Source: a virus
Lineage: Duplodnaviria > Caudoviricetes
Strand: one strand, 5' to 3'
Virus record (IMG/VR): IMGVR_UViG_3300046103_000373
Coordinates: 1 to 25,766 of that record
DNA: 25,766 nt
In this document: piece by piece, positions 14,265 through 23,147 of the stretch
How positions within the stretch are numbered: position 1 is the first letter of the stretch
How the letters are laid out: every line of letters starts with the position of its first letter
Notes under the pieces: generated by a model
Seen by the model: only the letters and a program-made list of their open reading frames with translations
What the model was told of the DNA's origin: nothing
The model's database searches: none
Made by a program: the position numbers and the translations under genes

Positions 14265-14304
14265 AAAAAAAAAAGGTGAATAGGCACAACTGGCTTACCC
14301 ACCC
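14265..14304 (-). terminator. imperfect intrinsic terminator after the major capsid gene
   Basis: GGTGGGTAAGC-CAGTTGT-GCCTATTCACC stem (two G-U pairs, one mismatch) followed by T10. Confidence 0.75.
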
Positions 14305-14325
14305 TTTTAATTGGTTAATTAATTC

Positions 14326-15258
14326 CTAAGAATAAAGAACGATATCCGATCCAATTCCGTATTGTACTCCTGCTGTAAATCTCATTACAACACGTACATT
14401 TTGAGATCCATCAATATCAGCCATATCTATTACTTTTACTTCATTATGATCAGCTAGTAATCCAGTACCAAAGTATAAGTTAGACTTTTCTGCAGCCACC
14501 ATAGTATTGTCAGCTAAACCATTTGCTACAGCTATTTTCATACCGTCAAAAGTTAATGCTCCACCTGCATACCATTGAGTACCTTGATCTCCTGTACCTG
14601 CATTTGAAGTTGCTGCTACTGAGAATCCGCCTAAAGCTCTTACATATGCTCTAGCTATATTTTGTGAAACGTAAATAAACATATCTTCATTAGTGTAAAG
14701 GTTAGAACTAACCGCATCAACTACTGCTCCTAATTGAGCGATAACATTTGCAGCAGTAACACCACCACCTACAGCACCTACGTCTGTAACGTCACCATCA
14801 GCAGTCATTAATTCTGTGAATCCACCAAACTGGCCTTGAGTTGCAGCAGCACCATTCCAAATTGATTGCTCTGTTCTTTGTGCTACTTTAGAAGCCACGT
14901 GACCTATTAAAAAGTCAGCAAAAGATGGGGGTAAGTTATCAAAAGCTGAATAGCCCATTGCTACAGCTTCCCAGTCAGAACGAAAGTCTGCTTTACATAA
15001 TTGTAAATTCACTTGCTGAAAATCAGGCTGAATTACACGTTCTGTTAATGTCAAAGTAGATGTCGGATCAAAGTCACAAGTTGCATCTTTTACTATGTCA
15101 TCACTAGATACTTTTTTAAGAGTTTCTTTAAATTTAATATTAGGTTTTACAGTAATTAAACCGTTGTCCAAAGTTGTACCACTTAAAAGTGCAGCAGAGA
15201 TGTATTCACCTGCAAATTCACCTGCGTAAGTAGTTGTTATCGAATTAGTTGTTGCCAT
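14326..15258 (-). CDS. major capsid protein (HK97 fold expected)
   Basis: 310 aa downstream of protease and scaffold and followed by a terminator; TYAGEFAGEYISAALLSG, VAQRTEQSIWNG, VRVVMRFTAGVQYG. Confidence 0.88.
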   Translation of the reverse strand: MATTNSITTTYAGEFAGEYISAALLSGTTLDNGLITVKPNIKFKETLKKVSSDDIVKDATCDFDPTSTLTLTERVIQPDFQQVNLQLCKADFRSDWEAVAMGYSAFDNLPPSFADFLIGHVASKVAQRTEQSIWNGAAATQGQFGGFTELMTADGDVTDVGAVGGGVTAANVIAQLGAVVDAVSSNLYTNEDMFIYVSQNIARAYVRALGGFSVAATSNAGTGDQGTQWYAGGALTFDGMKIAVANGLADNTMVAAEKSNLYFGTGLLADHNEVKVIDMADIDGSQNVRVVMRFTAGVQYGIGSDIVLYS

Positions 15259-15284
15259 TTTATATTTCTTTTATTAATTAATTA

Positions 15285-15692
15285 TTATGATTCAGATGCC
15301 CAAACTCCGTCACCGCCTGTAATGTACCAGTCTGTTAAAGCTACTGCCTTAAGAGTAACCCAGTCACCTTTGTTTGCAGATGCTTTAGTATTGATCCAAT
15401 CTTTGTTGTTTACACCACCTGAAGATACTGCAGCAATAGTTCCGTGAATTGCATCTGTAGCAGCAGGACTAATAGTAATAATGTTATTACCATCTGCACC
15501 TGTGTTACGAAATGTAAATTCAGCACCAATGTTTTCTGCTGAAATTGTAGGAAGGGTCATAACCTTTGCATCTGTTGCAATGTTAAATTCTACACCTGCA
15601 TCATTAATACTAATATCTTGAGTAGTTGTCAAAGTTTCTTGCTTTGATCTTGCTCGTAATACGCTGTTACTTGTTGTTGTTGTTGTTCCCAT
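15285..15692 (-). CDS. capsid decoration/head fibre protein
   Basis: 135 aa between scaffold and capsid; TLP....IGAEFTFRN....ITISP...GDWVTL....WYI beta-sandwich pattern seen in fibre domains. Confidence 0.55.
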   Translation of the reverse strand: MGTTTTTSNSVLRARSKQETLTTTQDISINDAGVEFNIATDAKVMTLPTISAENIGAEFTFRNTGADGNNIITISPAATDAIHGTIAAVSSGGVNNKDWINTKASANKGDWVTLKAVALTDWYITGGDGVWASES

Positions 15693-15694
15693 TT

Positions 15695-16351
15695 TTATTT
15701 ATTATTAAAGTTTGATATTTTATTCATTACTCTATCAAGTGTACTATTCGATCTTTTTTGAGAATACAATAGTTTTTTCTTAACAGTTTCTTTTTCTGGA
15801 TTGTGCTTGATAGGATTTGCTGCAGGTTTTGCTAACTCCTCTTTTAATTGTTGCTCTTCTGCATATACTGTTTCAGTTGTTGTTTTTTCTGACTTAACTG
15901 ATCCACTTCCATCACTCATTTCTTCTTCTACTTCTTGACCGTCTTTAGGTAAAAGAATAGCTTTAATTTCTTCAACTACTTTTTTAACTTCTTCAAGTTC
16001 TTCTTTTGTAGCATAACCCATTTCTTCTTTAGGTTGATCAGGAGTTTCTTCTGGATTTTCTTCAGCAGCCACTTCTTCTTCTACTTCTGGAGAAGATTCT
16101 ACTGCACCAATAGATGCAATGATTCCTTCTTGCTCAATTTTTAAAGATTCACCTGCTTCTAGAGTGTAGTCACCTACTGGTAACGGTACTCTCTCATCTT
16201 CAGTTACAATGAATACTTCACTACCAATAGCAAAATCTTCTGATTCGATCACAGTACCATTTTCTAAGGTAGCTTGTGATAATTTGATCTTTTCTGAAGC
16301 CTCAACTCCAATGATCTCTTTTACTTTATTTAACATATCTGTCGCTTTCAT
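15695..16351 (-). CDS. capsid scaffolding protein
   Basis: 218 aa, highly acidic, with a basic C-terminal helix (STLDRVMNKI); located between protease and capsid. Confidence 0.75.
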   Translation of the reverse strand: MKATDMLNKVKEIIGVEASEKIKLSQATLENGTVIESEDFAIGSEVFIVTEDERVPLPVGDYTLEAGESLKIEQEGIIASIGAVESSPEVEEEVAAEENPEETPDQPKEEMGYATKEELEEVKKVVEEIKAILLPKDGQEVEEEMSDGSGSVKSEKTTTETVYAEEQQLKEELAKPAANPIKHNPEKETVKKKLLYSQKRSNSTLDRVMNKISNFNNK

Positions 16352-16363
16352 ATTTGATTTATA

Positions 16364-16741
16364 TTATTTTGGAAAAATATTTGCAAGATTTGATACAGGT
16401 GTTTTATTTACCATATCTGAAATGTCATCAACATATGTATCAATGTAATTTGGGGGTGTTTCATCTAACATTTTATATGCAGCCCTCATATCGTTAGCTA
16501 TTTTTGAAGCTTCCTTTCTGTTTTGTTGAAGTTTATCTTGGATTTTTTTATTCGATGTATTAACTTTTCTAAATTCTCTGTCAACTGCTGCTGCCTCTGT
16601 TACAGTATCTATCCACATATTCCCAGAAGTCTTTCGAAGTTCTTCTAATTGATCTTTTTTAGTTAAATCTACCTTAACATTTTTTAACTCAGTTTTTGGT
16701 TTACTAAGTTTTTCCATTACTACTCTTACTGATGGTTCCAT
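16364..16741 (-). CDS. hypothetical coiled-coil head-module protein, possible internal protein
   Basis: 125 aa, first gene after a candidate late promoter; KTELKNVKVDL leader. Confidence 0.65.
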   Translation of the reverse strand: MEPSVRVVMEKLSKPKTELKNVKVDLTKKDQLEELRKTSGNMWIDTVTEAAAVDREFRKVNTSNKKIQDKLQQNRKEASKIANDMRAAYKMLDETPPNYIDTYVDDISDMVNKTPVSNLANIFPK

Positions 16742-16758
16742 ATTTCTGGTCTTGTTAT

Positions 16759-16786
16759 TATTACGATTAATTTAATATATTTTGTA
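16759..16786 (-). promoter_or_regulatory. candidate phage late promoter (scaffold/capsid operon)
   Basis: TACAAAAT-N12-TCGTAATA in one of the few intergenic gaps. Confidence 0.65.
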
Positions 16787-16802
16787 TTTTCAAATTATTT
16801 TA

Positions 16803-16949
16803 CTAAGATGTTTTGGTAATATTTCCTATTCCTTGTGCATCAAAGCTACCATCACAGCATTTCTTGGAATAAGTAATACCATCTTTGCATAAACATCCAC
16901 GTTTCCTTCCTCTTGGTGAAGGTATTCTTCTGTCGTTATACTCTTTCAT
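16803..16949 (-). CDS. small four-cysteine peptide (not in ORF track)
   Basis: Hand translation: MKEYNDRRIPSPRGRKRGCLCKDGITYSKKCCDGSFDAQGIGNITKTS (48 aa); ATGA overlap with the protease stop. Confidence 0.8.
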   Translation of the reverse strand: MKEYNDRRIPSPRGRKRGCLCKDGITYSKKCCDGSFDAQGIGNITKTS

Positions 16950-17650
16950 TTTATTGGCACACAATTAGGAACGCTCTTACCATTCTTCATTTTAAAACCT
17001 ATCATTTCATAACCTGCCCAACAAGGTTCCTTCAGGTCTTCCTGTTCTAACTCTTTCTTTTCAAAAAAGTCTCTTAATTTATCTAGTCTATCCTGAGCAA
17101 CTAATTCTTCCTTTAAACCTGTGTCTTGAGGTTTCTCAATTTTGTCAGCAAAGTATCCTTCAATACTAAATCCTTTTACTAATCCAGTCTTAACATAGTC
17201 ATTCCAGATCTCATCATTGTCAACCTTTACAGTACCCATCCAAGTTCCTAAAGGAACATCCATATTATACTTAGCAGATTTATCGTGTACCATATCTTCC
17301 TTGATCCAACTTTCTACTAAAGTCAATCCTTGAATATTCATTTGGTGTTCGAGTGTGCTGTTCTTTTGGTTTCCACTCTTTAAGTACTTTTGGGATGCTT
17401 TAGAGACAGTTTCCCTTGAAAAATATATGTAGTATTCCTCGTCTTCGTTTTGCCTGTATATAGGTCTATTAGGAACAAGCAATGCTCCCATTAGTATTTT
17501 CTTTTCCTTATCTACTTCAGCAAGTTGTATTTTATCCTGTTTTTTTAATGCAATGAAATCTTCTTCAATTGCTGGGTTCTCAACAATACTGATAGCTTCT
17601 ATACCATTCAATTCGTCAAATTCATCTAAAATTAATTCTACTATTTTCAT
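16946..17650 (-). CDS. prohead serine protease, XkdF-like
   Basis: ILMGALLVPNRPIYR, TLEH, LVESW, GTWMGTVKV, VKGFSIEGYF (catalytic His and Ser motifs). Confidence 0.85.
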   Translation of the reverse strand: MKIVELILDEFDELNGIEAISIVENPAIEEDFIALKKQDKIQLAEVDKEKKILMGALLVPNRPIYRQNEDEEYYIYFSRETVSKASQKYLKSGNQKNSTLEHQMNIQGLTLVESWIKEDMVHDKSAKYNMDVPLGTWMGTVKVDNDEIWNDYVKTGLVKGFSIEGYFADKIEKPQDTGLKEELVAQDRLDKLRDFFEKKELEQEDLKEPCWAGYEMIGFKMKNGKSVPNCVPIK

Positions 17651-17653
17651 ATC

Positions 17654-19366
17654 TTATCCTATTGATGCTCCTTCTGTTATATTACGATCTAATGCCTGTT
17701 GATTTGTAATTTCGTTGCTAACTACAAAGGCTTTTAGAGGTTTATCCTCTTTATTTCCTATTGCTTGTGCCAATTGATTCTCAGGTGCTGCACCTACCAC
17801 ATTAAAACTTGGTGATCTTGGTACTGAGGGCTGAGATGGACTTCCACCTCCAACAGAGGGTCCTATACTTGCTATTTTTTTAACGTTTGCAAATCCTGCT
17901 GCAACTGCTGCTGCTGCTGCAATTCCACCTAATACTGGTCCAACTACTGGTATTCCTGACAAAGAAGCGAATGCACTAGTAGCACCTTTATAAGTTTCTA
18001 TTGTTGTTTGTGCTATAGCTGCTGCTTTACCTGCTTTACTTTCTTCACCAAAGATTGAAGCTAAATCTCCCATAGCATTAGATGCTAAATCAATTTTTGC
18101 TTCAGTAGTTTGTTTATCTAGTTCAACTTGATTCTGACCGTTTTCTTGAGTTAATACGTCTATTTCATTTTGTGCTTCCTGAAAAGCTAAAGTACCTTCT
18201 TTATATAAAGCCTTCTTATCCTGTAAACGTTTTAAGTCAATTTGATATTCTTGTTCTGCAACATCTTTAAGAGCCAGTAACTTAGCATATTCACCTATTA
18301 TTATATCTGCATTAAATTGTAAAGCTGCTATATTTAGTTCTGCTTCTGCATCTGTCTTTGATTGTGTTAACTCAATTGACTCCCTGTCTAAAGCTAAATC
18401 ATTAGATTTTTGTTCTGATCTAAATCCTTCTATCTGAGCCTGTACAGATATCTTCTCGTTTTGAGCCTCAGTTAATGCTAGTAAATTTTCTTGGCTTTTA
18501 TTCTTATCATATTGTGCCTGTGCTGATTTAATAATAAGATCAACACCACTAAGCATTAATTTTTCTTGTTCGTCTAGTATCTCGTTCAGCTTATTGTTTG
18601 CTTCTACCCTTTCTTTTATGGTATTTCTCTCTTCATCTCGTATTTGTCTTTGCTGTTCTGCTTGTCTATCATACTTTTCTATCAATCCTTGATTAATAAC
18701 TGCTGCAAGTTCTGCTGATTTCTTGAGTTCTACGTTTGCTTTAGCAGTTTCGAAAGCTGCCGAAATACTTATATCTGTTATACTTTTAACTGCTGCTTTA
18801 AAATTAGTAACTATAGCTTTACCTGAATCTACAACACCATCTACAATTTCAAGAACCTCACTTTTAGCATTTATGATTCCTAAAGTTAATTCTGCTATTT
18901 CTTTCTCGCTTCCACCAGTAAATTGTAACCAAGCTTTTTTAGCAGTAAGGAAAGCAATTGTAAGTCCTTCTACAGCTAATTTAAAAGGTGCTAAACCAAT
19001 ATTTAAAACATTCTTCAGTACTTTACCTAATGCATTGAATTCACCATTACCTTTAATTACAGCTTCAACTACTTGGTTAAATACTATACTTATGGTTTCC
19101 ATTCCTGTAGCAAAAAGATCTGCTACCTGTTGGTTTGCCATAAATGTCTCCTTCAGAACATCGAACAATTTAATAATTATTCCTAATCCTAATCCGCCAC
19201 TTACTAGGTTCTTTAATCCTCCTAGTATTTTGTTGGTCTTTTTGGTTTCCTTTCCTGCTGCTGCTGTTCCTTTAGTTAGATCATCAACTTTAGCATTTAG
19301 TTGTCCAACTTGTTTAATTGCATCTTTAGCTAATGCTTCTAGTTCTATGGAATATTTCTGGCTCAT
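17654..19366 (-). CDS. tail tape measure protein
   Basis: 570 aa, Ala/Leu/Lys/Glu helical, with hydrophobic patches (GGLGLGIIIKLF; IPVVGPVLGGIAAAAAVAAG) and a long coiled coil. Confidence 0.8.
   Translation of the reverse strand: MSQKYSIELEALAKDAIKQVGQLNAKVDDLTKGTAAAGKETKKTNKILGGLKNLVSGGLGLGIIIKLFDVLKETFMANQQVADLFATGMETISIVFNQVVEAVIKGNGEFNALGKVLKNVLNIGLAPFKLAVEGLTIAFLTAKKAWLQFTGGSEKEIAELTLGIINAKSEVLEIVDGVVDSGKAIVTNFKAAVKSITDISISAAFETAKANVELKKSAELAAVINQGLIEKYDRQAEQQRQIRDEERNTIKERVEANNKLNEILDEQEKLMLSGVDLIIKSAQAQYDKNKSQENLLALTEAQNEKISVQAQIEGFRSEQKSNDLALDRESIELTQSKTDAEAELNIAALQFNADIIIGEYAKLLALKDVAEQEYQIDLKRLQDKKALYKEGTLAFQEAQNEIDVLTQENGQNQVELDKQTTEAKIDLASNAMGDLASIFGEESKAGKAAAIAQTTIETYKGATSAFASLSGIPVVGPVLGGIAAAAAVAAGFANVKKIASIGPSVGGGSPSQPSVPRSPSFNVVGAAPENQLAQAIGNKEDKPLKAFVVSNEITNQQALDRNITEGASIG
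17680..17708 (-). promoter_or_regulatory. candidate phage late promoter inside the 3' end of the tape measure gene
   Basis: TACAAATC-N13-TCGTAATA, ending 30 nt upstream of the protease ATG; spacer is one base longer than in the other two copies. Confidence 0.5.
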
Positions 19367-19503
19367 AATGCTTTTTTAAATTGTTTGTAGGCTTCGCTTA
19401 TTGATTCAGGATATTTGTTTTTACCTAGTGCTAGGTCAATGTAATTTCCTTTCCATTTTTCTTCTTCTGCCAGTTCTAATAATCTTAATATATTATTTAT
19501 CAT
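19363..19503 (-). CDS. small hypothetical protein (not in ORF track)
   Basis: Hand translation: MINNILRLLELAEEEKWKGNYIDLALGKNKYPESISEAYKQFKKAL (46 aa); ATGA overlap with the tape measure start. Confidence 0.75.
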   Translation of the reverse strand: MINNILRLLELAEEEKWKGNYIDLALGKNKYPESISEAYKQFKKAL

Positions 19504-19506
19504 AAT

Positions 19507-22161
19507 TTAAGTGCTTAAAGTTGTTTCTGAATGCATCTTACTTAATACAGATTTTATAGTATAATTTGTATCTGTGTTTGTAAATACATAGAATCTATAG
19601 TAAATAGTTTGTGATGCTGATAAACCAGTAATACCTGCATTAACTGTTCTTGGGTTAACTCTTTCATTTAAAGCTGTTGTTGTGAATTTAATTTCATTAA
19701 CAGAAGATATTCCCCTTAATATTGTAATATCATCAATAAGCATATCAGCTTGTGAAGTAGACCAAAAGAAACCATATTCATCTAATTGTTTTACATTACC
19801 TAAAGTTCCTAATTCATCTACAGTAGCTTTTAAAATCATAGTGTTTGTGCTTTTAGTAACCGTATCATTTATAGTAATTGTAGCATTAGTAACTGGAATA
19901 GGCTGTGAATGGTCATCTACTTGAGGATTGTTTCCTGTATCTATGTCATTAGGAATAACTTCATCTGTAGATATTATTTCTAAACCTTCATTATTACAAG
20001 AACCATCAACAGTAATTATATAATTATCTGCACCTGTTATTATATCATCTGCAGTAACACATACTGAATTTGGTTTAAACTTGTCTGGAATTATTGGTTC
20101 ATTAATAATTAAATCACCTGCTTGTGACTTTATATTTATTAATTCTAAAGTAGACTGAAGGGTTTCGAAATTAGTGGTGACTTTGTTTATTTTATACAAA
20201 CCTGTAAACACCTGTATTTTATCAGCTAATGTATAATTCAATAACAAGCTTAAAGGCAAATAAGCCTTAATAGTCGTAAGCCTTCTTTGTGGATCAAATA
20301 TTTCTTTAATGTAATTCTTATAATATTCGTTAAATAAAGTTTGTTTAAATGGACTTCCCTGAAACTCATTAGGCTCTGCATTAAAGTTTAAGTTTTTAGA
20401 ATCTGTAGTTCTTACTGAATTACTAGGAATAAATACACTTGGTTGAGAAGATAAACTTCCGTCTGTATTAATTACTCCAAAAGTTTCTGTTTTTAATATT
20501 GGATAAAAAAGCAAAGGTTTTCCAAGAAATGCTCCTTGTTTTATATCAGCACTCCATCCCCATTGCAAGTCTTTAGTCACTGATCCTGTTACATCAATAA
20601 ACCTTTCGTATTTAAAATGTTCTAATGGAATTTTTATTTTATAGATTTGCCCTTCAAACTTTTCACTTGATTGATATTGTAATTCTCCCCACTTTTGATT
20701 AAAAAGTTCATTGTGATTTTTAGCAAAGAAATTATTAAGACCTTCGTAGGTTAAATCTACTTGTTTAAAAGGTAATGCACTATCTGTGCTAGATTCATTC
20801 TTATCTACAAATTCAGTTATATTCCAAATCTTTGTACTGTTTTCATAAAAATTATCTAATGTTTTAACTTCTATTATTCCATTATCATTTTGGAAAGATG
20901 TAAGATTAAACATTTTATAAATAGACGTAAGTAAATCTATTACCTTAATGTCTGGCAATTGATTAAAAGTTCTTAATTGAACATTTGATAATACAGAAGC
21001 AGATCCTTCAAAGTATGCTTTATTTGAATTGTTAATTTTAACCTGCATTTTTACAACATAAGTTGACGGAGTTGCTGAGTCAATTGCAAAGCTATATGTT
21101 CCTGCATCTATTTCTAAATGAGTTATTTTATAATTTCCGTTTGAGTCTCTTTGAACATCTCCATATTTTTCAAAAACAGATCCATTGTTATAAATAATAA
21201 AAGTAAATTTATCTGATACACTAGGTTCAATAGTTACATCAAGATACCTTTGCTTCTTTCCTCTTGCTGAACCAGAGGCTAGTTGATCCGCTTGTGGGGT
21301 TGTGAATGAGTTATCTCCTAAATTAATTACTGCGCCTTTTGCATTTATATTACCAAAGTTTCCTATTGGACTTTCATTTCCTTCATCTGCAAAAAGACCT
21401 CCTGTTTTATTATGAAGCCATAAATACAAATTAAAAAAAGGCTCGTTATCTATATTAAAAAAATCAGTGCTAAAATTTATTAAAGGATATTGTGCTTCTA
21501 TTGCTTTAATTATAGGGTATAATCTTAATGCAGGTTTTAATTGTGATAATTGTAGACCGTGCTGTGTTCCATTTTCATAAGCTATATTGTTTTGAGTTTC
21601 TGTATTTGCACTAGAATCACCTGAATTATATACTAATCTTTTTGTATGTGATATTAAAGGGAACAAAATTGCATCAGTATAAGTAACACCTCTTGCAGTA
21701 ATATCTAAGCCATTAGACATATAGGTTTTTACATTTGCATCACTATAATTAAAACTAAAAGCATCTTCTTTTAATAGATCTAACACATCTAGCTTATCTT
21801 CTCCAATAATATCTTTTAAGTTTACACCATTACCAAAAAAAGTAATTCTATAGGTATGTGGTCTATTATTTTTCTTAGATACTCCTTCTAATTTAATCTT
21901 ACCAATTTTAAACGGTTCATTGTTTAAATATAGTTGTGCTTGTTTTTTCTTACGAGCATCAAATCCTATAATATGATAATTATAAAAATGCTGAAATATC
22001 TTGTTGTTTGTTTTTGAAGCAGGTACTGAAAACGTTCTTGTAAAATCTGAGAAAACTTTCTCTAAATTCTTAACATCTTGTATTGACTGAGTTAAAGTTA
22101 CAGATTCGTCATCATATAAATCTACCTGTTGGTTTTCTATAAATAGTTGAATACTTAACAT
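19507..22161 (-). CDS. tail tip/baseplate hub protein with C-terminal FN3-like domain
   Basis: 884 aa; VDLYDDESVTLTQSIQDVKN..FSDFTRTFSVPASKTNNKIF N-terminus typical of siphovirus hub proteins; C-terminal YGFFWST...GLSASQTIYYRFY. Confidence 0.7.
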   Translation of the reverse strand: MLSIQLFIENQQVDLYDDESVTLTQSIQDVKNLEKVFSDFTRTFSVPASKTNNKIFQHFYNYHIIGFDARKKKQAQLYLNNEPFKIGKIKLEGVSKKNNRPHTYRITFFGNGVNLKDIIGEDKLDVLDLLKEDAFSFNYSDANVKTYMSNGLDITARGVTYTDAILFPLISHTKRLVYNSGDSSANTETQNNIAYENGTQHGLQLSQLKPALRLYPIIKAIEAQYPLINFSTDFFNIDNEPFFNLYLWLHNKTGGLFADEGNESPIGNFGNINAKGAVINLGDNSFTTPQADQLASGSARGKKQRYLDVTIEPSVSDKFTFIIYNNGSVFEKYGDVQRDSNGNYKITHLEIDAGTYSFAIDSATPSTYVVKMQVKINNSNKAYFEGSASVLSNVQLRTFNQLPDIKVIDLLTSIYKMFNLTSFQNDNGIIEVKTLDNFYENSTKIWNITEFVDKNESSTDSALPFKQVDLTYEGLNNFFAKNHNELFNQKWGELQYQSSEKFEGQIYKIKIPLEHFKYERFIDVTGSVTKDLQWGWSADIKQGAFLGKPLLFYPILKTETFGVINTDGSLSSQPSVFIPSNSVRTTDSKNLNFNAEPNEFQGSPFKQTLFNEYYKNYIKEIFDPQRRLTTIKAYLPLSLLLNYTLADKIQVFTGLYKINKVTTNFETLQSTLELINIKSQAGDLIINEPIIPDKFKPNSVCVTADDIITGADNYIITVDGSCNNEGLEIISTDEVIPNDIDTGNNPQVDDHSQPIPVTNATITINDTVTKSTNTMILKATVDELGTLGNVKQLDEYGFFWSTSQADMLIDDITILRGISSVNEIKFTTTALNERVNPRTVNAGITGLSASQTIYYRFYVFTNTDTNYTIKSVLSKMHSETTLST

Positions 22162-23147
22162 TAACGTACATTATTTATCTTATTAAAAGCAAAATCGAAG
22201 TCTACTGTATAGTTTGCTAACTTATCATTTAAACTAGTTTTAAAGGTCATAGACTTACTTTTAGTAATTAATGGTAAAGTATTATTATCATATCTAATCC
22301 ATATGTTTTCAGACAGGAATAATTCTTCTATTGCTGAATTACTATCTTCATTAATAAATCCTGTGTTTAATGTAATGCTTTTGGTTGCATTAGTATTATA
22401 CCTTTCTTCTTGACCTGAATACTTTTGATAATCAGCAGTTAAATTTTTAATTGTATTTCTTTTATATTTTTCGTCTGTTACATTAAAAGCTTCTACACTT
22501 TTCTTAAAAAACCATAGGTCTTGATATGCTCCATACTTGTTTGTAAAAGTTATCTTATACGGTGTGTATTTAGGTTCACATATATTATATACATTAACCG
22601 TTCTTAATAATGTAGAATCATCTGTATCATAAATTTTAACTGTAGTTGTGTTTGCAGGAATTGTTAAATATTGGATCTTTTGGTTTGAGTTTCCACTATC
22701 ATTTATTTGGGTTGTTGTAGAATCTATAATAACTTTACCTACACCTTCTGCAAATATTGGTAACTTACCTGCTACATCTTCTGGCAAATACATACTATTA
22801 AAAGTGACTAATAAATTTCGTGACAATTCAGGGTTTGCTGAATCTTCAAAAAAACCATAGCCATCTGTTGCCAAATAAGTATTTGTTTCAGGTGATCCAT
22901 AAGAAAATACAACATTGTTTTCATCTAATAAAGTTGCTACTGTTGTAACCCAAATTGTTTTTGATAGGTAATCATTATTAAATGTTATATCTAAATAATC
23001 TCTCACAAGTTCAGCTATTTCAAATAATACATTAGTATCTGTTCCTATTATAGAATTTTGTAAAGTGTATTTTAAGTCTGTTCCAGTATAAGAACCTGAA
23101 GTTCCTTCGTAAATATATAAATGAAGTTGTACCGTTTTTAATGCCAT
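22161..23147 (-). CDS. distal-tail-like structural protein
   Basis: 328 aa; ITFTNKYGAYQDLWF, ITLNTGF, EELFLSENIW; directly upstream of the hub gene. Confidence 0.65.
   Translation of the reverse strand: MALKTVQLHLYIYEGTSGSYTGTDLKYTLQNSIIGTDTNVLFEIAELVRDYLDITFNNDYLSKTIWVTTVATLLDENNVVFSYGSPETNTYLATDGYGFFEDSANPELSRNLLVTFNSMYLPEDVAGKLPIFAEGVGKVIIDSTTTQINDSGNSNQKIQYLTIPANTTTVKIYDTDDSTLLRTVNVYNICEPKYTPYKITFTNKYGAYQDLWFFKKSVEAFNVTDEKYKRNTIKNLTADYQKYSGQEERYNTNATKSITLNTGFINEDSNSAIEELFLSENIWIRYDNNTLPLITKSKSMTFKTSLNDKLANYTVDFDFAFNKINNVR

Noticed and set aside
18723-19379. 218-aa plus-strand ORF
   Set aside because: Antisense shadow of the tape measure gene; non-ATG start and mirror-codon composition.
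284-22860. Other short plus-strand ORFs (284, 3654, 6745, 11448, 13967, 16209, 19682, 22648)
   Set aside because: All lie opposite well-supported minus-strand genes, and all terminators and promoter motifs found are oriented for the minus strand.
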